Shown here one piece after another: positions 24,433-36,766 of a stretch of 39,634 nucleotides of DNA (positions are counted from its first letter, which is position 1; every line of letters starts with the position of its first letter). The translations under genes were made by a program, and so were the position numbers. Under the pieces are notes generated by a model. The model did no database searches and was not told the origin of the DNA. It was given only the letters and a program-made list of their open reading frames with translations. Origin of the DNA: Octopus sinensis (lineage: Eukaryota); assembly GCF_006345805.1 (NCBI RefSeq), contig NW_021835406.1, positions 1 to 39,634 of the forward strand, written 5' to 3'.

Positions 24433-25249
24433 GTATGATGTATAATTAAAAACGCGCAATATAACCATCCAAAGCAATTAAACTGACATAGCTTTTTAAT
24501 TTGCACCAATCTAATTCATTCAATCCTTCCTTCATTCATCCATTCATTCGTTCTTTGTTTCTCCTTCCTTTCTTTTTCTTTTCTTCCTACCATTATTTCG
24601 TCCATCCTTTCTCTTTATAGTTTTGTTATATTTTCCTTCCTTCCTTTATTGCGCTTTGTACAGATTCATTCACCATTTCTTTGCCGTTCGAGGACTTTTT
24701 TGCTTCTTGCTGATCTGGCTTATTAAATATATAACCTCTTGTCAAGAGCCCAGTCAAGTGCCTCTCTGAAGTGAAATGAAAGCGATTTTGTAGTACCTCT
24801 TGTTTCATCGCTGTCCCACACGCTCACACACACACGCAGACGGACACACACACACACACATATGTATAAGCACACACACGAGCGCATACGCTCTGAAACG
24901 CAAATATACACGCACGCTAGCAAGATAAAAAAGCACAGACATATATATACGTAAACACACATAGACGTACACACAGAAACACAGGCACACATAGGCCAAC
25001 ACATGTACACACGTATATAGAAACGGTGGAGAAGAGAGCTAAAGAGAGAGTGGGAGAGAATCAAAGACGGAGAGGGGGAAGAAATAGGAGAGAGAGGGAG
25101 CGAAGGAAGAGTAAGACAGGGAGGGTGGAAGAGGAGTAAGAGAGAGTGAGAGGATACAGAGTAAGAGAGAGAAAATAAAACTCACTTGCACGAGAACATA
25201 CACACGCACATACATTTACACACACACACACACACACATAGATATTTCG

Positions 25250-25260
25250 ATATATAATGC

Positions 25261-25291
<31 letters not shown>

Positions 25292-25296
25292 TGATT

Positions 25297-25363
<67 letters not shown>

Positions 25364-25373
25364 GATAGATGAT

Positions 25374-25465
<92 letters not shown>
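25250..25465. repeat. (GATA)n microsatellite
   Basis: Direct reading. Confidence 0.97.
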
Positions 25466-25466
<1 letters not shown>

Positions 25467-25956
25467 GAAGACAGACAAATAGATAGGCAGAAAAACATAC
25501 AAATATACGCACATTAAATATAGCTTGTTTGTGTAATTGTGTATTTGCGATTGTATAAGTGTCTGTGTATGTATGTTTGTATGTGTGTGTGTGTGTGTGT
25601 GTCCGTGTGTATTGTACTGTATTGATTTTTCGAAAGAAAGGAAAAAATGGTACTCTATACAAAATGTAGAGTACATACACTTATCATAGAAGAATGACTA
25701 CTTTCTCTGTTCCTCTTCAGAGTTACCTGTTCCCGTTTTCCAATGCTCTGGAGAGACTCAGAGTGGAGCATACACTCTTCAATTGGTGAAATTGTACTTC
25801 TGTATGAAAACAGATTCTAGCCCTTTCAAAAGAATCCCCACTTAGGTATTGGCAGGATGTCACCGGCAGTTCGATTTACGTAGCTACAGACAACATTCCT
25901 TCTTCCTGTTTATCCGTCTGCCTGTCTCTCTTTTTGTCTGCTCTTTTGTAAAAATT

Positions 25957-26278
25957 AGGGTAAAGACCCCCTTCGGTCATGAATGACCACGGTATTGCAC
26001 CAACAAGGTTTCCAACCCCGAGACACAAGTTTGTTCAAGGTGGTTTTTGCCCAAGGCTTAGCAGTTACTCATGCATACCAGCCACGCCTCTCCACGCCAC
26101 CGATGTTGTCCAAGGGAAAGGCAAAGGGGGTGAGACAGCTTGGCACCAGTGAACTGGAGCAACTGTGAAAATAAAGTGTCTTGCTCAAAAACACAGCACA
26201 AAGCCAGGTCCGGGAATCAAAATCACAACCTCATGATTGCGGCCCCGATGCTCTAACCACCGAGCCATGCACCTTCAC
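25957..26278 (-). mobile_element. Full-length family-E CORE-SINE
   Basis: Reverse complement: GTGAAGGTGCATGGCTCGGTGGTTAGAGC head, TTTTGAGCAAGACACTTTATT CORE, tail CATGACCGAAGGGGGTCTTTACC. Confidence 0.8.
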
Positions 26279-26398
26279 TGCGATTTTTCTACTATTCTAA
26301 TAGCACCCTCATCTTTGCGGAGCGTATTCAACTGGTCTCAAGGTTCTTCCACTCAATCACTCTGTCATCGTTTGATTTCTATCATTATTAAGCCACAT

Positions 26399-26612
26399 AG
26401 AGCGGTGAGCTGGCAGAAACGTTAGTACGCCGGGCAAAATGCTTAGCAGTATTTCGCCTGTCTTTATGTTCAGAGTTCAAATTCCGCCGAGGGCGACTTT
26501 GCCTTTCATCCTTACGGGGTCGATAAATTAAATACCAATTGCATACTGGGATCGATCTTATCGACTGGTCCCCTCCCCCAAACTTCCTGGCCTTGTGCCT
26601 AGAGCAGAAAAG
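26399..26612 (+). mobile_element. Family-A SINE monomer
   Basis: Complete head, core and terminal tail CCTTGTGCCTAGAGCAGAAAAG. Confidence 0.9.
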
Positions 26613-26927
26613 TATATACTTGCACACACACATATATACATATATGCATACATGCACACATACATACATTCATTCGTGCATATGCACATACATAAATACA
26701 TACATACATACATACATACATACATACGTACATAAATACATACACACATACATACATACATACACGTACATACATACATACATACATACATACACACATA
26801 CATACATACGTACATACATACATACATACACACATACATACATACATACATGCGTACATACATACATACATACACACATACATACATACATGCATACATA
26901 CGTACATACACACACACACACATACAT

Positions 26928-26958
<31 letters not shown>

Positions 26959-27085
26959 TACATACATACATACATACATACATACATACATACATACACA
27001 CACACACATACATACATACATACATACATACACACATACATACATACATACATACATACATACATACGTACATACATACATATAC
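26613..27085. repeat. (TACA)n/(CA)n microsatellite
   Basis: Direct reading. Confidence 0.95.
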
Positions 27086-27658
27086 GTGCGGACACACATA
27101 ATCACACGTAGATACAAAGAAACTTAAAGCCGGATGTATACACCTGGCACTACGAGCGCACATGCGCACGGATACACACCTGGATTATAAGAGGTAACAG
27201 AGGCGTATTCACGCTGAAGTACGCCCAAGAAACAGCCACGTGAGCAGTCACAAAAGGGAAGCCAATTGGAAATACTATACCGGCATAACTCACGTGACTA
27301 CCGTACGGCACACGCAGCCGATCACGTGCGTAAGTACGGCCAAATGAACGCGCAAGTATATCACGCAATAAATGCATACATACAGCGGCACCTGTACAAA
27401 TATACACGTATGTGTGCAAATATATGAGACCGAACAGTTTTATTATCTAGTTAGTATGTAGTATTAGATTAATGTATTGGAGAGCGGCGAACAAAATGCT
27501 ACGGTTTATTTAGATTTGATTTTGTCGTTTTTGTGTTTTTTAAACTTTTTAAGTTAAAATCTCTCACTGACATGAAATTTTTCATTTCCTCTTTCTTCCG
27601 TCCGTTATATGCTTCACTAGTAATAGAGCTGTGTAGATTTAAATAACGGATAACTTTT

Positions 27659-27805
27659 GGTGGAGTTGCACGAGGATTGGATTAGAATATCAGACAAACT
27701 TTTATGCGATATTTAGCTCCGGACTGTTATATTCTGAGTTCAAATCCCGCTAATGTCAAAATTGCCTTGCATATCTTCCGGGTTTGCTAAAAGTAAGTAC
27801 AAGTA
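27659..27805 (+). mobile_element. Highly diverged family-A SINE
   Basis: TTCTGAGTTCAAATCCCGC B box with a decayed core. Confidence 0.55.
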
Positions 27806-28344
27806 TTTATTTCTATGATAATATCTAAAACAATAAAAAGTAAGTATAATTAGATCATATAGTCTACGCAAGAAACTAGTTTCTTAGAAAATATTTTGTT
27901 GATTTTCGGAAAGGTCTTTAAGTCAGTAATAATCACACGCACTGGTTGTAGTTCATTTCTTTATCATTTATTTGTAAATTGATTAGACATATAACCAGTT
28001 GACTAATCGATTGTTTGATTGACATTAAGGTCAATCAATTAGAGGAGTAGAGAGAGAGAGAGAGTCTCTCACTGATGAGGTTGCGGAATGAGATGAATGG
28101 ATTTTGACAAACCCAGCTGATTAAGCAAACAATGCGTTAAATGTTTAAATAATTCTAATAAGTATAAAGAAGGGAAATTCAACCAGTACATATGTTTATG
28201 ATTAGCATAATGTTCCCCTCCCAAGATACAGCAAATACATTGGGTTATAAAGCCGGAAGAAATGCTGCAAAGCAGGTTATTCTGTGTGCTACGCTGACAG
28301 TTCACCGCCTTAAGTAATTGAATGATGATGATGATGATGATATA

Positions 28345-28568
28345 GACACAAGGCCTGGATTTTTGTAGGAAGGGACAATCGATCACATCAACGCTAGTAC
28401 TTGACTGGTACTTAATTCATCGACCCCCCCCCCCACCACCACCACCAAAAAAGGACGAAAGGCAAAGTCGACCTCGGCAGAATTTGAACTCAGAACTTAA
28501 TGACTGACGAAATACTGCTAACCATCATTTCGCCCGGATTGTCAACAATTCTGCCAGTTCGCTTCCTC
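28345..28568 (-). mobile_element. Family-A SINE monomer with an internal C/CCA expansion
   Basis: Head, core and tail all recognisable. Confidence 0.85.
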
Positions 28569-28569
<1 letters not shown>

Positions 28570-28666
<97 letters not shown>

Positions 28667-28688
28667 TAATAATAATAATAATAATAAT
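28570..28688. repeat. (AAT)n microsatellite
   Basis: Direct reading. Confidence 0.95.
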
Positions 28689-29096
28689 GAAAGGAGTGAA
28701 GCAGAAACAGTGCATGTGTTTCTTACTAGCATAATGACCTTCCATAAATGTAACAAGCTCTGTTTCAACATACGAGTTCACATCAAGGATCTTCGAAACC
28801 AAATATAAAACTGAATATGCAAAACCTATATGAGTAACTGAGATACTATTTTAAATGTTGGTCATATGAGCAATTAATTTCAGTGCTGCACCCATGTAGT
28901 ATTTCAAGCGTAACGACAATTCTAATTAGAAGACATAATTTAGTGTTAAATGACAAGGGCAATGCATTCCAAATTGTATGTCATCCGGTTATGAGAAATA
29001 TATATGGACTAGTAGAAAGGAACTCAATTATGTGTTATATATATATATATATTGTGTGTGTGTGTGTGTGTAACGATTGGCTTATAAATGTATGTA

Positions 29097-29305
29097 CGAG
29101 GGGGTGTTGAAAAGTTCCCGGCTTTACGGGTACGCGAAAAGTCTGGTTGGAGGCCTAACCATCGTAGTTGTTTCACAGGGCTTAGAAAAAACTGAAGGAC
29201 TGCTGCAATAAGCGCGTGAACTTGAGAGGGGGAATATGTTACATAAAATCGTAATTAACCGATCCCTCTTTAACCCAAAGCCAGGAACTTTTCAGCACAC
29301 CCACA
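29097..29305 (+). mobile_element. Mariner-derived MITE (209 bp)
   Basis: 29-bp TIRs at 29097-29125 and 29277-29305 (24/29), TA on both sides, residual QGLEKLKDCCNKRVNLRGEYVT* resembling a mariner transposase C-terminus. Confidence 0.8.
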
Positions 29306-29338
29306 TATGTATATATGTATACATGATTGTATGCATGT

Positions 29339-29393
29339 GCTTACGGCCATATCACGTTGAAAGCACCGGTTCTCGTCCGATCACCGAAGTTAA
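29339..29393 (+). pseudogene. 5S rRNA 5' fragment (nt 1-55)
   Basis: GCTTACGGCCATATCACGTTGAAAGCACCGGTTCTCGTCCGATCACCGAAGTTAA aligns without gaps to the 5' half of metazoan 5S rRNA. Confidence 0.93.
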
Positions 29394-29398
29394 ATGTA

Positions 29399-29830
29399 AA
29401 AGGGCGAGCTGGCAGAATCGTTAGCGCGCCGGACGAAATGCTTAGCGCTATTTCGCCCATCGCTACGTTCTGAGTTCAAATTCCGTCGAGGTCGACTTTG
29501 CCATTCATTCTTTCGGGATCGATAAATTAAGTACCAGTTACGCACTGGGATCGATGTAATCGACTTAATCCCTTTATCTGTCCTTGTTTGTCCCCTCTAT
29601 GTTTAGCCCCTTGTGGGCAATAAAGAAATAGGAATTGTTTGCGCGCCGGACGAAATGCTTAGCGCTAATTCGCCCTTTTCTACGTTCTGAGTTCAAATTC
29701 CGTCGAGGTCGACTTTGCCTTTCATCCTTTTGGGGTTGATAAAATAAGTACCATTTGAGTACTGGGGGTCGATGTAATCGACTGGCCTCTTCTCCTCCAA
29801 ATTTCAGGCCTTGCGCCCATGGAAAAAGAG
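29399..29830 (+). mobile_element. Family-A SINE dimer fused downstream of the 5S fragment
   Basis: B boxes at 29472 and 29689 (217 bp). Confidence 0.9.
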
Positions 29831-30083
29831 GATTGCATGCATGTATATATGGAACAACACATGAAATTGAATGATGACTAATAAGTGGTTCTCGTTGTTG
29901 TACTCGTCGTTATTGTTCTTGTTGGAAACTATGTACGTAACATCTGTGCCAACGAGTGTTTGTCACTTACTGTCGTCGAAAATCACATCCGTGCAAGTCA
30001 CAGATGAGACCGATTCTCTAATGGCTTCCTGCGGTGGCTATACTCTAGAACGACGAAACACTCATCATGGACGTATGTCTTGA

Positions 30084-30270
30084 GTGCAGGCACGTGCTCA
30101 AGCATTTAAGGGTTTCACTGAGGACTTAGAAATTGTGGTCTTGATTCCCGGAATGGGCGCACCTTATGTACTTGAGGAAAACATTTCATGTTACATTGCT
30201 CTGCAATCACATCGAGATTTGACATGCGGAGGGACACTGCGCACCTGCTCAGGAAACGTCGATTTACTCA
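30084..30270 (+). mobile_element. Old CORE-type SINE related to 7600-7892
   Basis: Decayed head and CORE; shared GCTCTGCAA...GTCGATTT body. Confidence 0.5.
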
Positions 30271-30387
30271 CTATGAGCTGATCATCTCTCTGTCCAGCCT
30301 GTTCAGCTAGAAAATGCAAAATCCTCATCTGTCGTTTTCGACACGAGAGTCCATAAGCAAAGATGTTTGCATGTGTGTGTGTGTAGA

Positions 30388-30500
30388 GGTTAAGTCCCAC
30401 TGCGTGGCACCTTGGGCAAGTGTCTTCTACTATAGCATCGGGCCAACAAAACCACCTTGTGAGTGGATTTGGTATACAGAAGCAGAAAGGAGCCCGTCGT
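30388..30500 (+). mobile_element. Family-C SINE fragment ending at its internal (TA)n
   Basis: Matches 8105-8218. Confidence 0.85.
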
Positions 30501-30523
30501 ATATATATATATATATATATATA

Positions 30524-30919
30524 CTCTTTTACTCTTTTACTTGTTTCAGTCGTTTGACTGCGGCCAAGCTGGAGAACCGCCTTTAATCGAGCAACTCGAC
30601 CCCAGGACTTATTCTTTTGTAAGCCCAGTACTTATTCTATCGGTCTCTTTTGCCGAACCGCTAAGTAACGGGGACGTAAACACACCAGCATCGGTTGTCA
30701 AGCAATGCTAGGGGGACAAACACAGACACACAAACATACACGCACACACATATATACGACAGGCTTCTTTCAGTTTCCGCCTACCAAATCCACTCACAAG
30801 GCATTGGTCGGCCCGGGGCTATAGCAGAAGACACTTGCCCAAGGTGCCACGCAGTGGGACTGAACCCGGAACCATGTGGTTGGTTAGCAAGCGACTTACC
30901 ACACATCCACTCCTGCGCC
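30524..30919 (-). mobile_element. Full-length young family-C CORE-SINE
   Basis: Head GGCGCAGGAGTGG on the minus strand; tail (TAAAAGAG)x2; TA repeats on both sides. Confidence 0.92.
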
Positions 30920-30935
30920 TATATATATATACACG

Positions 30936-30973
<38 letters not shown>

Positions 30974-30991
30974 CATATGTATATATATATG

Positions 30992-31025
<34 letters not shown>

Positions 31026-31429
31026 GAGAGAGAGAGAGAAAGAGAGAGAAGGAGAGAGTTGCAAAACATGTGCGCTCATAAAGGCGCCGTTTCTTGCCAC
31101 ACAGACTCATACTGATGGTGCCTGAGAATCACTTTGTGGTCACCTGTTTCGTTGGAATACGCATCTCTTCACTTGGTAATTCAATCCAAACGATACTTCT
31201 GTCGATCGAATTACTACATTCCTCGTCGAGCCCGACGGAGGATCGGTTAACATTATTTACATTTCCAGTGAAGTAATTATATACAAAGCGATTCCTTTTT
31301 ATACAAACACGTGTTAAATCGTTCGTTTATTCAAATGTTCACTTTATATTTTTAAAGTGCATATAAATGCGCTTTTTAAAATTTGTTTTAATTTATATAT
31401 ACACTCATCTATACAAACAAGTGACTAGT

Positions 31430-31867
31430 CACACTTCCTCCTACACAAACCAGCATACACACAGGCACATACACATACATACACACAGACACAGAAAAAT
31501 ACACGCTCACTCGCATATGCCCACACATAGAGATGCACACACACATATACATGCACAGATGCACAGTCATAGATGTAGAGTGGCGTACATATCCTCAAAG
31601 ATAAAACAGAAATGGAGATTGTACACACGCACACATACACACACACGTATTTACTTACACGTATTTACACTCACACTCACCAAGATACAGATACACAGAC
31701 ACATATGCATACACATACAATCACACAGTTACATGCATACCCTGAAGCAGAGAGTAGAACCTGAAATATGTACACACACACACGTGCAAACACAAAGACA
31801 CATGCACATAGATGTTAATATACATACTTGTGTGTATGTACACATACGTGTACTTGCATGCATATAC

Positions 31868-31920
<53 letters not shown>

Positions 31921-32190
31921 CATACATACATGTGTGTATGCATATATATATAAACACATGCATATGTGTGTGCATGCATATACACAAACACACATATATA
32001 CACACACACATATATACATATACATATATACATATATACAGACACGCACAAAATTAGATACATAAATACATATATATAAATATATATATATGAATATGTA
32101 TATGTATGTATGTATATGTATGTATATGTGTATATATAAATATATGTATGTACAGATATACATATGCATATATACATATATATGTATATA

Positions 32191-32246
<56 letters not shown>

Positions 32247-32250
32247 TATA
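31430..32250. repeat. Compound (CA)/(TA)/(TACA) low-complexity block
   Basis: Direct reading. Confidence 0.9.
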
Positions 32251-32849
32251 ATACGTAACATCTCACTTTCGACTTTCTTTATCTTTCTTTATTGACATTA
32301 TTTAGGAAAGAGGTTTATGTTTCATAAGCGGTCGCCATTTTGCAGAGATCTAATCAACGATTTCCTGTTGAATTCTTTTCTTTTTTAATATTAAATTGCT
32401 GACTTGTGGAGTTATGTCGAACAGCTGTCGTCGCGTGGAGGACGGATCTATCTCTCAGCCGATTCTAATCGCGTTGATCATACTTCACTGCCGCCTTCAT
32501 ATGGCCCGACAAATTACGCAGATTTCCTTACAGGTGAAAGGGTTAGTGTGATGGCTTAGATTAGGGGACAACATTTCTCTCTCAGGGTCCTTGAAAAGGA
32601 TCTTGTACGAAATGCGAGGGTGGGAATGGAATTCTTGCCTCTCTTTTCCCCAGTAAATTTTATGAATGAACAGTGTATGTGACAAGACTGAATAAATGAT
32701 TATTTTCTGTATATACACATCTGGATATGCGGACGTAATTTTGAAAGGCTGTACGTTAATTTGTTTTTAGGGGCAGAAACTTAGGGTTCAAAGGGTTATC
32801 ACATCATTATAATCAAACCCCGGTATGTTACAAACTTCACTTCGAGGAC

Positions 32850-33058
32850 CAGGTTACCTTGCTTCCATGGCGACCGAGATCACAACATTATCCATGAGCG
32901 GGACGTCTTGCCGTCGTAGGATTACTCACATACATCTAAGTGGACTAGAGTAACACGAGATGAGGTGTTTTACTCAAGAACAAGACGTCGGTCTGAAAAT
33001 CGAAATCATGGTCTTGTGACCGTGGGTACAACACCCAAACCAATCGACCACATGCTCT
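32850..33058 (-). mobile_element. Old CORE-type SINE with a V-like central domain
   Basis: Reverse complement has TCTTGAGTAAAACACCT and GTCCACTTAG...CCTACGACGG...AATGTTGTGATCTCGGTCGC. Confidence 0.55.
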
Positions 33059-33560
33059 CACATACACTTCTGTCGCTGTGTATATATCCTTTGCTAAATA
33101 AACCTTTTCTGAAAGATTCTTCATTCACATAACTTTCGTTGATGCAAACCCATCTGAGACGACCCTAGATTTATGACCGTTTTATATACCGTTTTAACGC
33201 TATATAAACAAAAGAATATATTGCATCAAAAATTCATGTTATGTTCCAAATGCAAGCTGGAGAGTCACAAAGATGTTTTTTTTTTCTAAATGCGCGTTAT
33301 CTTCCTAAATTAATTGAAACAAAAGTCGTGCATTTCAACAGGCAAACGGTTACAAAATGGTTAAGGAAATGATTTCTAGTGTGTGGATCTATATCTGTGT
33401 CTGTGTACGTATATGCACACACACACACACACGCTTGCATACACACGCACAAAGACAAACACACGCGCATATATCATATTTTATTCTACGATTTGAAGCA
33501 TTTCTAGTTTGTTTATAAATATTATGAATGTATATATATATATATATGTATGTATGTATG

Positions 33561-33596
<36 letters not shown>

Positions 33597-33613
33597 ATTA
33601 TATATATATATAT

Positions 33614-33656
<43 letters not shown>

Positions 33657-34404
33657 AACAGCCTGTTCTCAACTCAGTTTTGAGCCTAGAACTCCTCATA
33701 AAAACCCAGCTTCTCCTCGTCTCGATGTCTTTCGGTTCAAGACCTTCTGCATATATGCATATATGTACACTCACACACACAACACACACACACACAACAC
33801 ACACACACACACAACACACACACACACGCACACACACACACACACGCGCGCGCACGCACACACACATACCCGCACGCACAGATACACGCCTACAGGCATA
33901 CATACACATATGAAAAGATAAACATATAACCGACTGCGGAACGATTTACTTCTACTTAGCACCTAACAACGAAGAAAAAAAAATATAATAAATAAATAAA
34001 GACAAACATAAATCAACAAATAAATAAACAGGAAATGAAGAGAAACACAACATTATTTATGAAATAAAAGCAGTTTACATGCTTCGTGTTGGGGGAGGAC
34101 GAAAAGCTAGCTCGACATAGACGGGAAAATTAAAGAGATGACTTTTAAATGATCTTTGCCGTGAGTTCTTGGTCACGGACGTCGTATGCATGTCAGCAAA
34201 GAGATTTCTAATTGAAGTGTAAAGAGTGGAAGACCAGCCGAGCTCACTTGGACGGACATGTTGTATTTATATAGTGTTTAAAATGTAAAGGATAAAGAGC
34301 GGTGGTAACCAAATTATGAGGAAAAGTAAAATATTGGATACACAGACAGACAGACAGACAAAACACACATACACACCATCCACACACATGTATACATGCA
34401 AAGT

Positions 34405-34437
<33 letters not shown>

Positions 34438-34484
34438 GGCAAAATAGTACGTAGATAGATAGACAGACAGACAGATAGATAGAT

Positions 34485-34530
<46 letters not shown>

Positions 34531-34546
34531 TAATAGATAGATAGAT

Positions 34547-34621
<75 letters not shown>

Positions 34622-34630
34622 CGACAGACA

Positions 34631-34945
34631 GATTCCCAGACCGCGCACTGTGAGTGTTTATTGAACGAAAACACCTAGATCTCCACGAGGCTCCGGCTTT
34701 CGAAACCTGCTGTACTCTTTCACCAGAACTTTCTCTCACTCTTCCTTCCTGTTTCTGTTCTACCTGTTCTGTATTTCAAAGGGCCAGCCTTGTCACACTC
34801 TGTGTCACGCTGAATCTCCCTGAGGACTACGTTAAGGGTACACGTGTTTGTGGAGTGCTCAGCCACTTACATGTTAATTTCACGAGCAAGCTGTTCCGTT
34901 GATCGGATCAACTGGAACCCTCGTCATCGTAACCGACGGAGTACC
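34631..34945 (+). mobile_element. 5'-truncated family-B SINE
   Basis: Collinear with 11211-11530. Confidence 0.9.
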
Positions 34946-34947
34946 AC

Positions 34948-35092
34948 ACACGACTTCTTTCATGTTCCGTCAACCAAATCCACTCACAAGGCTTTGGCCG
35001 GCCTCTGGCTTTAGCAGAAGATAGGTGCCCAAGTGAACCTGGAACCATGTGGTTGGGAAGCAAGCTTCTTACTATACAACCATTCCTACGCC
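34948..35092 (-). mobile_element. Family-C SINE 5' part with an internal deletion
   Basis: CAAATCCACTCACAAGGCTTTGG...GGAACCATGTGGTTGG...CCTACGCC. Confidence 0.75.
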
Positions 35093-35108
35093 GTATGTGT
35101 GTGTGCGT

Positions 35109-35148
<40 letters not shown>

Positions 35149-35219
35149 ACACACACACACACACACTCACACACACACACACTGTCGATTTCTTCACATT
35201 GCACCCTTAATATTAACCC

Positions 35220-35375
35220 GGCTTTACATTCTGAGTTTAAATCCCGCAAGGGTCGACTTTCATTTCCATCCTTTCAGAGTCGATAAAAGAAGTCCCATCT
35301 GAGCACTGGGGTCGATGTTATCGGCTTCCTCCTCTCCCGAAATCGCTGGCCTTGTGCCAAAATTTGAAACCAAAT
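35220..35375 (+). mobile_element. 5'-truncated family-A SINE
   Basis: TTCTGAGTTTAAATCCC, core and tail GGCCTTGTGCC. Confidence 0.75.
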
Positions 35376-35747
35376 TATACGTGGTCAAATATCCTGGAAA
35401 TTCTTCAAGGTGGTGCTAGCATGTTCGCTGTTTAATAAGTGAATCAAGTAAAAGAATGGAATATATATCGTTGCCATTATATTAAACTGTCGTATGTCAA
35501 AACTTGACCAAATGCGTTTTTTTTACAATAGTTATTTTCGCTTGGAATAACCGGTTGTTTTGGTCAAACTGTTGTATCTCCAGCTACTCCAGATGCCAAG
35601 ATATCAAATATTGTCAAAGTGTAATACAACGGATTTACTATGGAATGGTGAAATAATTTCTTCATTTTCTGAAAAAGCAACGTTTTGGATTAACTACACT
35701 TTAGCATAATAGCAACTGTATTATACACATATACATATATAAATGCA

Positions 35748-35780
<33 letters not shown>

Positions 35781-35807
35781 GTATATATATTTATTTATTT
35801 ATCGCGA

Positions 35808-36161
35808 CACTCCGTCGGTTACGACGACGAGGGTTCCAGTTGATCCGATCAACTGAACTGCCAGCTCGTGAAATTAACGTGTAAGTGGCTAAGCACTCCA
35901 CAGACACGTGTATCCTTAACCTCGGGGAGATTCAGCGTGACACAATGTGCGACAAGGCTGGCCCTTTGAAATACAGGTAGAACAGAAACAGGAAGTAAGA
36001 GTGAGAGAAAGTTGTGGTGAAAGAGTACAGCAGGGTTCGACACCACTCACTGCCGGAGCCTCGTGGAGCTTTAGGTATTTTCGCTTAATAAACACTCACA
36101 ACGTCTGGTCTGCGAATCGAAACCGCGATCTTACGACCGTGAATCCGCTGCCCTAACCACT
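35808..36161 (-). mobile_element. Near full-length family-B SINE
   Basis: Reverse complement of ~11166-11530. Confidence 0.9.
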
Positions 36162-36204
36162 ATATATTTATATTATGCATATATGTATGTATGTATATTT
36201 TATA

Positions 36205-36350
36205 TGAGCTGAAATCCCATTGAAGTCAACTCTGCATTTTCTCTTGTTACGGTCGATAAAATAAAACACCAGTCACGTACTAAGGTCAATGTGATTGGTT
36301 ACCTGTGTCCCACTAAATTTCGGGATCGTGTCTCAAGTAGAAATGGGGTT
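36205..36350 (+). mobile_element. Highly diverged family-A SINE
   Basis: GGTCGATAAAATAAAACACCAG core remnant and tail. Confidence 0.5.
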
Positions 36351-36734
36351 ATTGATGATTAAATCAATTTCGGGCTCAACTGTGTGTATTTGCGTGTATA
36401 TGTGTCTGTGTTTGTGTGTGTGTGTGGGGGGGTATTTGTGTGTATGTGTGTCCTTGTATAGATTCGCACCTATGTCCATACATGAACAAACACATAGGTA
36501 GACTGTGTAACAGAGTATAAGTTTACGGCTATCGTAAGCACCAAAATCTCATATAAAAACTCATGCGTCATTTCTTGCTGACAGTAATGACGTTACTGTC
36601 TGTGTAGATCTAGAAATTTATTGACGTATAGTTTACAAAACCTGTTTGTATTTAAGAGATTAATACAGGCACTCTACTGTGTCACCCAATATTTCTAAAT
36701 ACGAATGTGTGTGTGTGTGTATACACACACACAC

Positions 36735-36766
<32 letters not shown>

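Noticed and set aside
23813-27169. Long HT-, YI-, SIYL- and MYVC-rich ORFs here and throughout the window
   Set aside because: Direct translations of di- and tetranucleotide microsatellites.
33085-33364. Possible piggyBac-like MITE ending ...AAAATGGTTAA
   Set aside because: Only one plausible end; no matching TIR or TTAA pair could be confirmed.
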